A DNA stretch of 64,000 nucleotides from the human T2T-CHM13v2.0 reference genome, Homo sapiens. Positions 36,441 through 49,727 of the stretch are shown here, in pieces (the first letter of the stretch is position 1; each line of letters opens with the position of its first letter). The notes under the pieces are model-generated. The model was given only the letters and a program-made list of their open reading frames with translations, did no database searches and was not told where the DNA came from. The stretch lies in NCBI RefSeq assembly GCF_009914755.1, contig NC_060933.1; one strand, given 5' to 3'. The position numbers were made by a program, and so were the translations under genes.

Positions 36441-36864
36441 GTCCAAATCTGAACAGTTTGTGGTCAACTCATCCAACAACTCAATTATTTAGTTCCTTGG
36501 TTTTATCTGTGTGTACTAGCGTACTTCTCGACTTCTAGCAAATATTTGTAGAATGAATGAAATAATTATTATGATGTATAAAAATCATATTTTATTATAA
36601 AAGTGTAAGTTTTAGAAGGATATAATACTAGGGTGCCTCATTACCTCTTTCTATTTTGCAACATTTCAAGCACAGAACCTAAGAGTTCTATGTGCTTTTA
36701 AAACTCAAACCATAACATTAAAAGAAAATTACACAGCTGCTAAAAGAAATTTTAAAGCCAAGGAAAAATAAAGTAGTATGCATATTAATTGCTGGACAAA
36801 TCAGATTTCTATACACATTTCCCTGCAGTTTCACTAAGAAATAACCATTCAAATATTTCCTTAC

Positions 36865-37035
36865 CTCTGCAAATAGGAGGTGATGTCCATGTTCCATTTT
36901 CTAAACAAACACTCCTCAGGAAACCCTCCAACATGTATCCACTGTAACATGAGTAGGTGATCATGTCTCCATATTGATAATGTACGCCTCGAGCAATTGC
37001 ATTTTCTACGTGAGCTGGTGGACCACATGAGATTT
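36865..37035 (-). CDS. SVEP1: SVEP1 exon 44 (171 bp, last sushi domain)
   Basis: Acceptor cctgtag|, donor GAG|gtaagg; (K)[56 protein letters not shown]; phase 1-1. Confidence 0.95.
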
Positions 37036-37999
37036 CTACAGGATAACAAAACAACAATTAAGCTTGTGCTATTAACACAGACTGAGAACACAGTCTCATC
37101 TCTCAGAATGAATTAAAGAGCAAAAATAAAATACATAAGGGAAACATTTTCACCTACTTATCTAGAATAGTAAGAACTAAAAGAATTAACTGCTGCTGTT
37201 GAGAAAAATTGGACACACAAAGATCAAAGGTTTTTTGTCTTCTGATTCAAATGTTGAAGGTGAGCCTGTTTTAAACCTAAGGAAAGCAGTCTGTAGGACA
37301 CCAAGAATTAGCTCTTGTACCTCATCAAATAAATGGCTGCAAGAGACTTTCAAAACAGGATGCTTATTAAATTAGGAGAGAAAGCATGATGATTGTAGTC
37401 TACTGTTTCAGAGTAAAGATCATTAATTGTAGTACTGCATATTGTATCAGGGCTATTTTATTAATGCCTAGCATTTATTAGTGCCTAGCATGCAACATGC
37501 TCTTGAAAATGAGTCAGTGAATGAATATTGTCTCTAGTCTATAGATGCTCAGTGAATACAACTTGATGAGGTTTATGAAATTCAAGGTTTCATGTTAGTT
37601 TTCCTCTTTTCAATACTGTAAAAGAGTGACTTTCTGCTTTTGGGATCTGTGATAGATTGGATGACAATCCTCTCTTTTAAAAGGGACATATGCGTATATT
37701 TAAATAGAAATTTTTATAACTGATATTGTTTTGAGAATTTTACAAGAAGCCTCAAGATAATTAGAATTATTCTGTGGTGGGCAAGGGTTAGATTGGTGTC
37801 AGGATTCTAATCAGAATCCAGTTTGTTCAACTTTTGAATGAAGAGTCCTTATAAGCCGGCGTCTAAAAGATCACTTTGTTGTCATAATACTACCATAAAC
37901 TTGTTAGAGGAGATAATAAATTTGTATGATTTTTCTAAAATTTTTTCCCCTCTAAGGTGGACAAAATGCCTACTATGCAACAGAAATCAGAAGGAAATA

Positions 38000-40900
38000 A
38001 ATGAATTATGTTTATTGATTTGCATATGTTAAACCAGCCTTGCATCCAGGGGAAGAAGCCAACTTGATTGTGATGGATAAGCTTTTTGATGTGCTGCTGG
38101 ATTCGGTTCTCCGGTATTTTATTGAGGATTTTTGTATTGATGTTCATCGGGGAAATTGGCCTGAAGTTTTCTTTTTCTTGTATCTCCATCAGGTTTTGGT
38201 ATCAGGATGATGCTAGCCTCATAAAATGAGTTAGGGAGGAGTCCCTCCTTTTCAATTGTTTGGAATAGTTTCTGAAGGAATGGTACCAGCTCCTCTTTAT
38301 ACCTCTAGGAGAATTCAGCTATAAATCTGTCTGGTCCTTGGCTTTTTTTGGTTGTAGGCTATTTATTACTGCCTCAATTTCAGAACTAGTTATTGGTCTA
38401 TTCAGGGATTCAGCTTTTTCCTGGTTCAGTCTTGGAAGGGTATATCTGTCTAGGAATTTATCCAAGGGTGCATGTGTCCAGGAATTTATCCATTTCTTCT
38501 AGATTTTCTAGTTTATGTGCATAGAAGTGTTTATAGTATTCTCTGATGGTTGTTGTTTGTATTTCTGTGGCATCAGTGGTGATATTCCCTTTATCATTTT
38601 TATTGTCTATTTGATTCTTCCCTTTTTTTAATTAGCTAGTGGTCTATTTTATTACTTTTTTCAGAAAAACAGCTCCTTGATTAATTGATTGTTTTGAAGG
38701 GCTTTTTGTGTCTGTATCTCCTTCAGTTATGCTCTGATCTTGGTTATTTCTTGTCTTCTGCTAGCTTTAGGGTTTGTTTGCTCTTGGTTCACTAGTTCTT
38801 TTAGTTGTGATGTTAGGGTGTCAATCTGAGATCTTTTTACCTTTTCGATGTGGGCATTTAGTGCTATAAATTTCCCTCTTAACACTGCTTTAACTGTGTC
38901 CCAGAGATTCTGGTACATTGTCTCATTGTTCTCATTGCTTTCTGATTTCTTCCTTATTTAATTATGTACCAAGGAGTCATTCAGGAGCAGATTGTTCAAT
39001 TTCCACGTAGTTGTGTGGTTTTGAGTTTCTTAATCCTGAGTTCTAATTTTTGATTGAGCTGTGGTCTGAGAGAATGTTTGTTATGATTTCAGTTGTTTTG
39101 CATTTGCTGAGGAGTGTTTTAGTTCCAATTATGTGATCAATTTTAGAGTAAGTACTGTGTAGCAATGAGAAGAATGTATATTCTGTTGTTTTGGGGTGGA
39201 GAGTTCTGTAGATGTCTATCAAGACCACTTGATCTAGAGCTGAGTTCAAGTCCTGAATATCCTTGTTAATTTTCTGTCTCGATGATCTAATATTGACAGT
39301 GAGGTGTTAAAGTCTCCCACTATTATTGTGTAAATGTCAAAGACTCTTTGTAAGTCTCTAAGAACTTGATTTATGAATTTGGGTGCTCCTGTACTGGGTG
39401 CCTATATATTTAGGATAGTTAGTTCTTCTTCTTGAATTGAACCCTTTACCATTATGAAATGCCCTTGTCTTTTTTGATCTTCGCTGGTTTAAAATCTGTT
39501 ATGTCAGAAACTAGAAATACAACCCCTATTTTTTTCCTGCTTTTCATTTGCTTGGCATTTTGTGTCTTTTAAGTGGGGCATTTAGCTCATTTACATTTAA
39601 GGTTAGCATTGTTATGTGTGAATTTGAGCCTGTCATCATGATTCTAGGTGGTTATTTTGCAGACTTGTTGATGTAGTTGCTTCATCTTGTCATTGATCTT
39701 TGTACTTCAGGGTGTTTTTTGTAGCGGCTGGTAACAATTCTTCCTCTCCATATTTAGTGCTTCCTTCAGGAGCTCTTGCAAGGCAGGCCTGGTGGTGATG
39801 AATTCCCTCAGTGTTTTCTTGTCTGAAAAGGATTTTATTTCTCTTTCACTTATGAAACTTAGTTTGGCTGGCTATGAAATTCTGGCTTGGAAATTCTTTG
39901 AATATTGGCCCCCAATGTCTTCTGGCTTTTAGGGCTTCTGCAGAGAAGTTTGCTGTTAGTCTGATGGGCTTCCCTTTGTAGGTCACCTGGACTTTCTCTC
40001 TGGCTGCCCTTAACATTTTTTCCTTCATTTTTACCTTGGAGAACCTGAGGATTATGTGTCTTGGGGTTGATCTTCTCATGGAGTATCTTACTGGGGTTCT
40101 CTGGATTTCCTGAACTGGAATGTTGGCCTTGTTTTGCTAGGTTGGGGAAGTTCTCCTGGGTGATATCCTGAAGTATGTTTTCCAAGGTGGTTCTATACTC
40201 ATCTCTTTCAGGTACCCCGATCAATCATAGGTTCGGTCTTTTTACATAATTTCATAGTTCTCAGAGGTTTTGTTCATTCCTTTCATTCTTTGTTCTCTAA
40301 TCTTGTCTGCCTTATTTCAGCAAGATAGTCTTCAAACTCTAAAATTCTTTCCTCCACTTGGTCCATTCAGCTATTGATACTTGTTGCATTGTGAAGTTCT
40401 CGTGTTGTGTTTTTCAGCTCCATCAGGTCATTTACATTCCTTTCTAAACTGGTTATTCTGGTTAACGGATCCTGTAATGTTTTATCCTGGTTCTTGGCGT
40501 CTTTGCATTGGTTTAGAACATGTTCCTTTAGCTCAGCGAACTTCATTATTACCCACTTTCTGAAGCCTACTTCTTTCAATTCATCAATCCTAGCCTCTGC
40601 CCAATTCTGTGCTTTTCCTGGAGAAGTGTTGCAATCATTTGGATGAGAAGAGGAACTCTGGCTTTTTGAGTTTTCAGTGTTTTCTTCATTGATTTTTTTT
40701 CTCATCTTCCTGAGTTCTCCAGTTTTGATCTTTGAGGTTGCTGACCTTTAGATGAGGCTTTTGTGAGGGCTTTTTTGTTGATGGCTGTTGTTGTTGTTGC
40801 TGCTTTCTCTTTGTTTTTCTTTTAACAGTCAGGCCCCTCTTTTGTAGGGCTGCTGTGGTTTGCTGGGGGTCCACTCCAGACCCTATTTGCCTGGGTCGCA

Positions 40901-42006
40901 CCTGCACCTGAAGGTGTTACCAGCGGACGCTGCAGAACAGCAAAGATGGCTGCCTGCTCTTTCCTCTGGGAGCTCTGTCCCAGAGGGGCACTGACCTGAT
41001 GCTAGCAGGAACACCCTTGTATAAGGTGTCTGGTGACCCCTGTTGTGGGGGGGTCTCATCCGTGACCCCTGTTGTGGGGGGGTCTCATCCCAATCAGGAG
41101 GCATGGGATCAGGGACTCGCTTAACAAAGCGCTCTAGCTGCCCCTTGGCAGAGCAGGTAAACTGTGCTGTGGGGAATCCCACTAGTCCAGCCTGCCTGGA
41201 TTCCTCAGAGCCAGCAGGGGAAGGACTAAGCCTGCTGATCTGTGGAGACCATGGCCACATGGAGCCCCAGGGGCTCCATCTCAGGGAGATCAGAGGTCTG
41301 TTCATAAACCCCTGGCTGGAGTTGCTGAAATTCCCGCAGGGAGGTCCTGCTTAGCGAGGAGGAAGGAGTCAGGGTCCAGCCTAAAGAGGCAGTCTGGCCA
41401 CGATCTGTCACAGCTGCTGTGCTGCACTATGGGGAATTCCTCCTCTGTCCAAATTGCCCAGTCTCCCTGGCACCAGCAGGGAAAAAAAAATGGTAGACTG
41501 GAGCTGCAGTGATGGTGGCCGCCTCTTCCCCCAGAAGCTCAGTCATCTTAGGCAGCAGGCAGCCACAGTGACAGTGGCTGTTCCTCCCTCCGATAACTCA
41601 GTAGTCTTAGGCAGTTTTCAGCTGAGTGGCCGCCAAGAATCTACACAGCTCTGTGCTTGGGACCTAAGGCCCTGGTGGCGTGGGCTCATGAGGGGGATCT
41701 CCTGATCTGCAGGTTGCACAGATCCATGGAAAAAGTGTGGTTTCCTGAGTGGGGTAGCACAATCACTCACCACCTCCTTTGGCTGGGGGTGGGAGCTCTG
41801 CTTGCCCCATGTGGCTCCCAGGTGGGCCGTTGTACCACCTTGCTTTTTCTCGCTTTCTGTGGATTGCGCCAACTGCCTAGTCAGTCCCAATGAGAGAACC
41901 TGGATACCTCAGTTGCCGGTGCAGGATTCACTCACTGTTTTTGTTCTTCTCGGTGGGAGGCTCCGGCCACAGCTGTTTCTAGTTGGCCATCTTGAACCCC
42001 TCCCCG
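38000..42006 (-). mobile_element. Older primate L1 (L1P3-type 5' UTR): 5' UTR, ORF1, endonuclease and start of RT; 3' part missing
   Basis: 5' end GGGGAGGGGTTCAAGATGGCCAACTAG; degenerate ORF1 (TPRHIILRFSKV) and ORF2 ([33 protein letters not shown]) peptides; stops abruptly after [13 protein letters not shown]. Confidence 0.9.
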
Positions 42007-42491
42007 CAAAATAAACATTCTAATACTGCAATAAGCTGCTAGCTGAAAATTCAGGGACTTGGGCTGTTGTGTATATCTTCCTATTAGGAAATATTGCTAA
42101 TATGCACCAATTCACTTATTCTTCAAATCTATAAGAAATCTATAATAACTACAAGAAAGATATAATTGAGACTCTTAACAAATGACAGCCCTCAGACTCA
42201 GAGAAGTAAGGCACTAGCATAAGTTTAGAGTTAAACATTTTGAGGACAGAATTCAAACTCAGGTCTTTCTGATTCCAGAATCCCCATGACCTTCACAGGC
42301 ATATTTCTTATCTCATTAAGTGGCGTGCAAGTGTACTGAAGATGAAGACCATTGTAGGCATGATACATTCTTACACTATGCAGCCTTGTGCCTTGCCTCT
42401 GGTCGGACTCAATGAATATGTTAATTGATTACTGTAGAGGTAGTAGCTTGGACAACAAATGAGCCTGGAGGGCAGGATGCTGGCAGGGGGA

Positions 42492-42799
42492 TTTTTATTT
42501 TTATTTAGTTTTTGAGATGTAGTCTTGCTCTGTCTCCCAGGCTGGAGTGCAGCAGTGGTGCGATCTTGGCTCATTGCAACCTCCACCTTCCAGGTTCAAG
42601 AGATTTTCCTACCGCAGCCGCCTGAGTAGCTGGGATTACAGGTGTGTGCCACCACACCCAGCTAATTTTTGTATTTTTAGTAGAGACAGGGTTTTGCCAT
42701 GTTGGCTGGGCTGGTCTTGAACTCCTGACCTCAGGTGATCCACCCACCTCAGCCTCCCACAGTGCTGGGATTACAGGTGTGAGCCACCGCACCCAGCTG
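42492..42799 (-). mobile_element. Alu (AluSx-like)
   Basis: Antisense dimer. Confidence 0.9.
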
Positions 42800-43415
42800 G
42801 CAGTGAGATGTTTTAAATGGAGTTAAAAAGTGTGCGTTAAAAAACGTTGCGTTATCACAAGGCTGAAAAAGATGCCTCCAGATTGCATAAATGGAGTAAC
42901 AAAGCGCTAACCTATAGTGCTGGTGCTAGCAACGTAGTGCTTGCTAGTGGTTCTCAGATTGTTTTTTCTGGGCCAGCAGCATCCTCATCAGCAACATCTA
43001 GAAATGTGTTTTAACAGGTTCTCTAGGTGGTTCTGATGCAGGCTCAAGTTTGAGAACCACTGTGGAATAATTTTTCTGTTGCAAAACATTCATAGTCTGT
43101 TAAAGGATAGTTTGGGGACTCTGACAGTGTGGAGAAAAATTTGTATTTTGAATTTAATACCTTGCTCATTCTTAGAGGAGCACATTTTGAAAATCTGTTC
43201 AGGTGGGTTTTAGTTTAGTTCTGGAAAGCTTTTTTTAAAATGTTTGAAATTCAAAGATTAAAAGAAATTTACAAACATTAATGAGGAAGATGATAACTGT
43301 GATAGCACAGAGATCTAAGTATCTACAACTAAGTGACTTGATTGAAAACAACCTCACAGGGATGGGAAAACATTTCGCACTAGCGGCATGAACTGGCTTC
43401 CGCCTGCTGACTTAC

Positions 43416-43592
43416 TTTCACATTTGGCGCTTGTCTGTGTCCACGTCTCGTCGGGGTTGCAGGTAATGATGCCGTGGCCCTGCAGCAGAAAACCTTCCCT
43501 ACATTTGATGGACACATTCTGATCAACATAAAACTCCTTTTCAGACAGCAGAGCATTCTCGGGAATCACAAAAGGAACAGGGCATGGATTTG
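43416..43592 (-). CDS. SVEP1: SVEP1 exon 43 (177 bp, one sushi domain)
   Basis: Acceptor tttgacag|, donor AAA|gtaagt; (P)[58 protein letters not shown]; phase 1-1. Confidence 0.95.
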
Positions 43593-44458
43593 CTGTCAAA
43601 AAGAAAAGAAAATGCTTACTGATATTTCCCCTCTTTTCCTAATGTATTTCTTTGAAGGTGGAGTAGTAGTCCTATAAGAGATGGGTTCTCAATAATGATC
43701 ATATAAGGTTTAAAAATATGGAACTCCAAACATTAGACACAGACTTGTTTTGCATCCTCATGAAATTATGTGTAAAGATAAAGCCAGATAAGATCAGAAA
43801 ACATGAAGTTATTCAACCACTAATGCAAGGTCCTAAAAGTTGAAGATGACAATTTATGCCTGAAATTATGGGCCACAACATTATTTTAGACTGAGTTTTT
43901 GATCAGCATTGTGAAAACAAAAGGCATACTAGAAATCAAGGGGTATATCAAATATTCCCTTATTTGAAGAATATCAAATGCTTCTCATTGTCACCTTACT
44001 TTCTTTTATTGAACATCCTTCAGGAGGATGGAACCAGGAAACCATCAGACATTTCTATGTGAGCTGAATGTGACTTTAGACTCATACTGCTATGGGCAGG
44101 ATATTAGAACTAGTGGAGTTTGCATGTTTTATTGATAAAGATGGATTCATTGTTATAGGCCCGAGGGAAACACAGGAAATGATGATGGCATTATGCGTGC
44201 TTAGCGCAAGTGTGTGACACACATGTCAACACATATTTCAAGCAATTTCAGATTTTTAAATGGGCATAAAAGTATTTGAGTGAGGTACACTTCCGCTGTT
44301 ACTACATTATGATGATACTTGAAACAGTTAACAAGAGCAGTCTCAACTTCTACGTTGCTTGTGAATATTGTTTTCATTCGAATGGCTATAACTCATTATC
44401 TTAATTTATCATATTTATATATACTTCATTATATTAACATCACATATTAAATGTATTT

Positions 44459-44541
44459 TCTTTCATTTCTTTCCCTATCCCCAGTAGAATTCATGATACA
44501 TCTTTCATTTCTTTCCTATCCCCAGTAGAATTCATGATACA
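44459..44541. repeat. Tandem duplication, 42 + 41 bp
   Basis: tctttcatttctttcc(c)tatccccagtagaattcatgataca twice. Confidence 0.93.
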
Positions 44542-44802
44542 TGTATGTCAAAATTTTTTCATTAAGTTGCATTTTCTCTTAGTAATCACTCATGGAATCT
44601 GACAAAAGCTGATTCTCAGACAGGACTTAGATAACACAAACATATTTTTAAAATATCCCAGAGAATTCAGCTTGGATAGGCATTAATTGCTTTCTCTGGG
44701 CCCATATCCCTTATGAGTGGAGCTTCCTCTATGTTTTGGATATGCGGGAAGCTAATCGTGAAACTGAATCTGATTAAAATTTCTCCTAAAGGCAACACAC
44801 AC

Positions 44803-44976
44803 GTTTGCAGAGAGGGACTGGGTGGCTCCAGGTTCCATTTTCTGTGCAGTGTGCCTCAGATGGCCCTTCAAGACTGTAGCCTCTGTTGCAGGAATATACC
44901 ACGTTGGGTCCAGTCGTCCTGTTTTCAATGTCAGCTTTCCCATTGAGAAATTCAAGTGGAGTTTCACACCTGGTCT
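44803..44976 (-). CDS. SVEP1: SVEP1 exon 42 (174 bp, one sushi domain)
   Basis: Acceptor tttttag|, weak donor AAC|gtgtgt; (E)[57 protein letters not shown]; phase 1-1. Confidence 0.94.
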
Positions 44977-45344
44977 CTAAAAACAAGAATAAAAGCCTCA
45001 TATTAATTGCTTCCCCAATTCCTCTTTCCTTCTTTTCCTATGATTGCCAAAGATATTTCATGGAATATATAAAATATTATGGCCTACTCATGTGTGAAGC
45101 ACAGTGATATTCATTGAAGGAGAAAAATATAGCATACCTAAGTATTGGATTAATACATGCATGCAATTAAAGATTGGGAGTTAGTCTTATTGACTCCAGC
45201 TGTCTTTATGTATTATTAATAATGCTGGGGACAGGGAGTATGGATGAGCAGGTGGGTAAAATAAAACAATCTCATTGTAAGTTGCTAACAATGGCCAAGA
45301 ACTTTTCAAACAATACTAAATTTATTTCTTACAACACTTAAGTT

Positions 45345-45532
45345 GTAAGCCCAAATAAAATAGAGGATGCCCTGTTAAATTTCAGTATCAGATAAATAAC
45401 AAATACATTTTTAGTATAAGCGTGTCTCCGATATTGCATATTTATAAGTTTACATTTAAATTATTTTTCATCTGAAATTTAAATATAACTGCATGTCCTG
45501 TATTTTTGTTTCTTCTAAATCTGGCAACCTTA
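45345..45532. mobile_element. MER33-like hAT element
   Basis: cagataaataacaaatacatttttagtataag...atctgaaattt...aaatctggcaacct. Confidence 0.65.
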
Positions 45533-46101
45533 CTTATAGCAACTCTGAGATTATCTCATGTAACAGTTGGCAAAAAGTGAGGCTTAGAGAAGTTAAATAA
45601 TTTGGTCAAGGTCATACTGCTTGTAAGAAGAGATAAAATATAAAATTATCAGAAGGTAAAAGACAATAAGAAAGTATAAAGAACAGGGACCCAAGAGCTT
45701 GTGGGGAATAGAATAAATGACATTTTATATGGCTTTTGAGGAATATGCTGACTTCATAAACTGGTGAGTATTATAGTAAAGTTATAAAGAATGATTTTGC
45801 ATTATTGTGAGAAATGTTATTAACAGGGATGCTATGAGGAAAATAGGATCACCCTTTCAAGAATCTCAAAAAATGGGCTTGAGTCTTAATTTTATAATTT
45901 TTGTGAAGGCAGAGAAGGTGGTTCTAGACTAGTGCTTCTCAAGTTTGGCCGTACCTTAGAGAACCTGGGAAGCATTTATGGCCTATCACAGACCAAATGA
46001 GTCCAAATCTTTATACTGAGGGCTACTTTTCAGTATTATATTAAAAATTCCCCAAACAATTCAAATGTGAACTCAGAGTTGAGTCCCTGGACCAGATGCT
46101 A

Positions 46102-46520
<419 letters not shown>

Positions 46521-47041
46521 CATTGTCCTTTGGCAGAGAAGGGAATACTGGGGATAAAGTTATGTGCATTAACCCACATTTTGCCAAATAAACTTGGTTG
46601 TTCTCATAAAATGAGTTAAATTCCATGCAAAATATTAATATTAATTGATTTGACAGATGGACCAACAGCACGTTAAAAGTATTGGCTAGTACTGTCACCA
46701 AAAAACAACAGCTCTTAGCCTTCTAATTTATAATTATTTGAGAAAACCCCCCCAAAATGCTAATAAACTCAATAATTAACTAGTTTTTAAACAAACTGTT
46801 TGCCATTCCAGAGTCAGTAATCTTGTGTCCTATTGCAGTTAATTGTTAATCCCTACTACAGTTTTTGACCCTTTTATTGGTTTACTGCCCTTGAGAAAAA
46901 GCCCATTAAAAGGTTCTCATATGGCTTATGGAGTTGGCTTACATTTTAATTACAAAACTAACCTATAAAGAAAATGTAGCCACACTGTTATTTTGTGTCC
47001 TCAGTGTCATTTTGGGGGCTGCTAAGTGTCATTCAACTCAC

Positions 47042-47105
47042 CTTTGCATATTGCCACCCCTCCACTCCACTGTCTGTTCTCCTGGCAGACACGTTCCCTG
47101 TTCCC
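47042..47105 (-). CDS. SVEP1: SVEP1 exon 41 (64 bp)
   Basis: Acceptor tttcacag|, donor AAG|gtgagt; [21 protein letters not shown] completes the sushi domain started in exon 40; phase 0 to 1. Confidence 0.94.
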
Positions 47106-47454
47106 CTGTGAAACAATGGAGAAAGGTCATCAAGATCATAACTCTACAATAGAAAGATAATAAGGAAATGCAAAGTAATCTTAGCTATGGCCTTGAATCG
47201 CTCAGCACTGGAATGCTAAATAAACATGTTAAAAACATTTTTGAAAGTCTAAATCTACTCCTTAAACTGTATTTATTTATCAAATTGCTTCAAAATTCAC
47301 ACTCTGGCAGACCGGTATAATTAAGGTACAGACTTTGCTTCACCTTTTATTTTAAACGGCAACTAATTATAATCTGTAGCTAAGACTGACAAAGAATGCA
47401 TTAGAAGTAGTCAAATAGTAGTATTCTTAGAAATATATGAATCATAGTGTATCA

Positions 47455-47915
47455 TAATATATGTATATACACACACATACACAATAGAGTACTATTTGGC
47501 CATAAAAACACATGTGATGTATACACATAAGTGTGTGTGTGTGTGTATATATATATAAGTATATATACACGTATATATATAAGTATATATATATACGTGT
47601 ATATATACACATACATACTTATATAAGTATATATACATACATACTTATATAAGTATATATACAAGTATATACATACATACTTATATAAGTATGTATGTAT
47701 ATATACACTTATATAAGTATGTATGTATATACTTGTATATATACTTATATAAGTATGTGTATATATACTTATATAAGTATGTATATATATACTTATATAT
47801 ATACATACTTATATATACTTATATAAGTATGTGTATATATACTTATATATACACATACTTATATACACTTATATATATATACTTATATCTACTTATATAT
47901 ATATATACTTATATC
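47455..47915. repeat. AT-rich (TA)n-derived minisatellite with recurring atacttatataagtat units, among L1MA fragments
   Basis: Directly visible; flanks resemble L1MA 3' region pieces. Confidence 0.9.
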
Positions 47916-48781
47916 TCACATTTTCTTTATCCATTCATCCATCGATGACACCCAACACTTAGGTTGACTCCATATATATCTTGGTAATTGTGTATCCCAA
48001 AATGTATACAATTATGATTTGACAATCAGAAATAATATTAAGCATACAATCTAAAAATGCAAACCCCCAGAAACTATTTGGTTCACATGATCTTGGTCTA
48101 GCAATATATACTCTTTTCTTTTTACAACTTCTCAGGTGATTCTCAAGCAGATGGTAGTGAACTCCACTGATTATAAGAGCAGCAATTTGTCAGTGATTCT
48201 CAGTCCTGGCTGCACACACGAATCACCAAGGGAACTCTGAAAAGGGTACTGCTGCCCCAGACTCAACCCACAGAAATATTGAATTAATTAGTCTGATGTG
48301 AGAACAGGTATTTGCATTAAAAAAAAATCCTGTCTGATGGAAAAATTCAAACATATGAGAAATACCAACAGTAGAAAGAACAGTATAAGAAACTTCCGTG
48401 TAGACATCACCCAGTTTACCCAATTAACTCAGGGCCAACCTTGTTTCATGTAAGCCCCACCCCTTCCATGAACTCCTATTATTTTGAAGCAAATTCTAGA
48501 CTTCAAATCATTTAACAATAATTATTTCAGTATGAATCTCTAAAAGATAAGAGCTCTTAAAAATTATAACCATAACATTATCACAACTTAAAAAGTAACA
48601 ATTCCTTAATATTAATAAAATGTCGTTTTCAAATTTCCAATTGTTGCATAAATTTCATAATTTATTCTTTAAATAATTCTGTTGAATCAGTACCAAATAA
48701 GATCCATACACTGAGACTAGTTTATGTTTCTGTGATGATTCATTTTATGAACAAATGTACAGCAACCTGATGGGTCATTAC

Positions 48782-49089
48782 TTTTTGTCTTTTTTTTTTT
48801 TTTTTTGAGACAGAGTTTTGCTCTGTTGCCCAGGCTGGAATGCAGTGGTGCAATCTCGGCTCTCTGCAACCTCCACCTCCTGTGTTGAAGTGATTCTCCT
48901 GCCTCAGCTCCCCAAGTAGCTGAGACTACAGGTGCCTGCCACCACACCCCGCTAATTTTTGTATTTTTTAGTAGAGATGGAGTTTCACCATGTTGGACAG
49001 GCTGGTCTCAAACTCCTGACCTCAGGTGACCTACCCGCCTCAGCCTCCCAAAGTGCTGAGGTTATAGGCGTGAGCCACCATGCCCGGCC
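48782..49089 (-). mobile_element. Alu (AluSx-like)
   Basis: TSD tgatg(g/t)gtcattac. Confidence 0.92.
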
Positions 49090-49254
49090 TTGATGTGTCA
49101 TTACATTTGAAGAAGTATTAATAGATAATTAACCTTTAAACTTTTGGAAACATCCTGGTATTAACTACAAAATTGAGAGAGCGATAATAGTGATTGCTCT
49201 CACTCTGAGCTCCATGTTAGAATCACCTAAGAAACTCTTTACAAATACTGATGT

Positions 49255-49727
49255 GCAGCAACTTGAGTGGGCCATGAGGTGCCCAGCTTAAACACTGCTT
49301 CTGGATGTGTCTGTGAGGATGTTTCTGGATGAGATTAGCATTTAAATTAGTAGATCATGTAAAGTAGATTGCCCTCGCCAATGTGGAGGGTGGGGGGCAT
49401 CTTCCAAAACACTGAGGGACCAAATAGAACAAAACATGGAAGGAGGAAATGGCCCTCTTTTTCTTCCTCACCACTTGAGTTGGGACTCATCTCCTCCTCT
49501 ATCTTCAGACAGGGTTTTACATCATCAGCTCACCTAGTTCTCAGACCTTTGGACTTGGACTGAATTACACCACCAGCTTCTCAGGGTCTCCAGTTTGCAG
49601 AGAGAAGATCCTGGGATTTAGCCTCCATTAACTTGTGACCCAATTCCTCATTATATATATATATATATATATCTCTTCTCTCTCTCTCCTATTGGTTCTC
49701 TTTCTTTGGAGACTCATGACTAATGCA
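49255..49727 (+). mobile_element. MLT2-family solo LTR with (TA)n(TC)n
   Basis: gtgtctgtgaggatgtttctggatgagattagcattt...ctttggacttggactgaattacaccaccagctt...cctattggttct...gactaat. Confidence 0.82.

Noticed and set aside
42830-42950. Short CpG-containing stretch with a small hairpin (ctagcaa...ttgctag) as a structured ncRNA
   Set aside because: The stem is only 7 bp and I recognise no RNA family.
47452-47948. Tyr/Ile-rich ORFs
   Set aside because: Translation artefacts of the TA-rich repeat.
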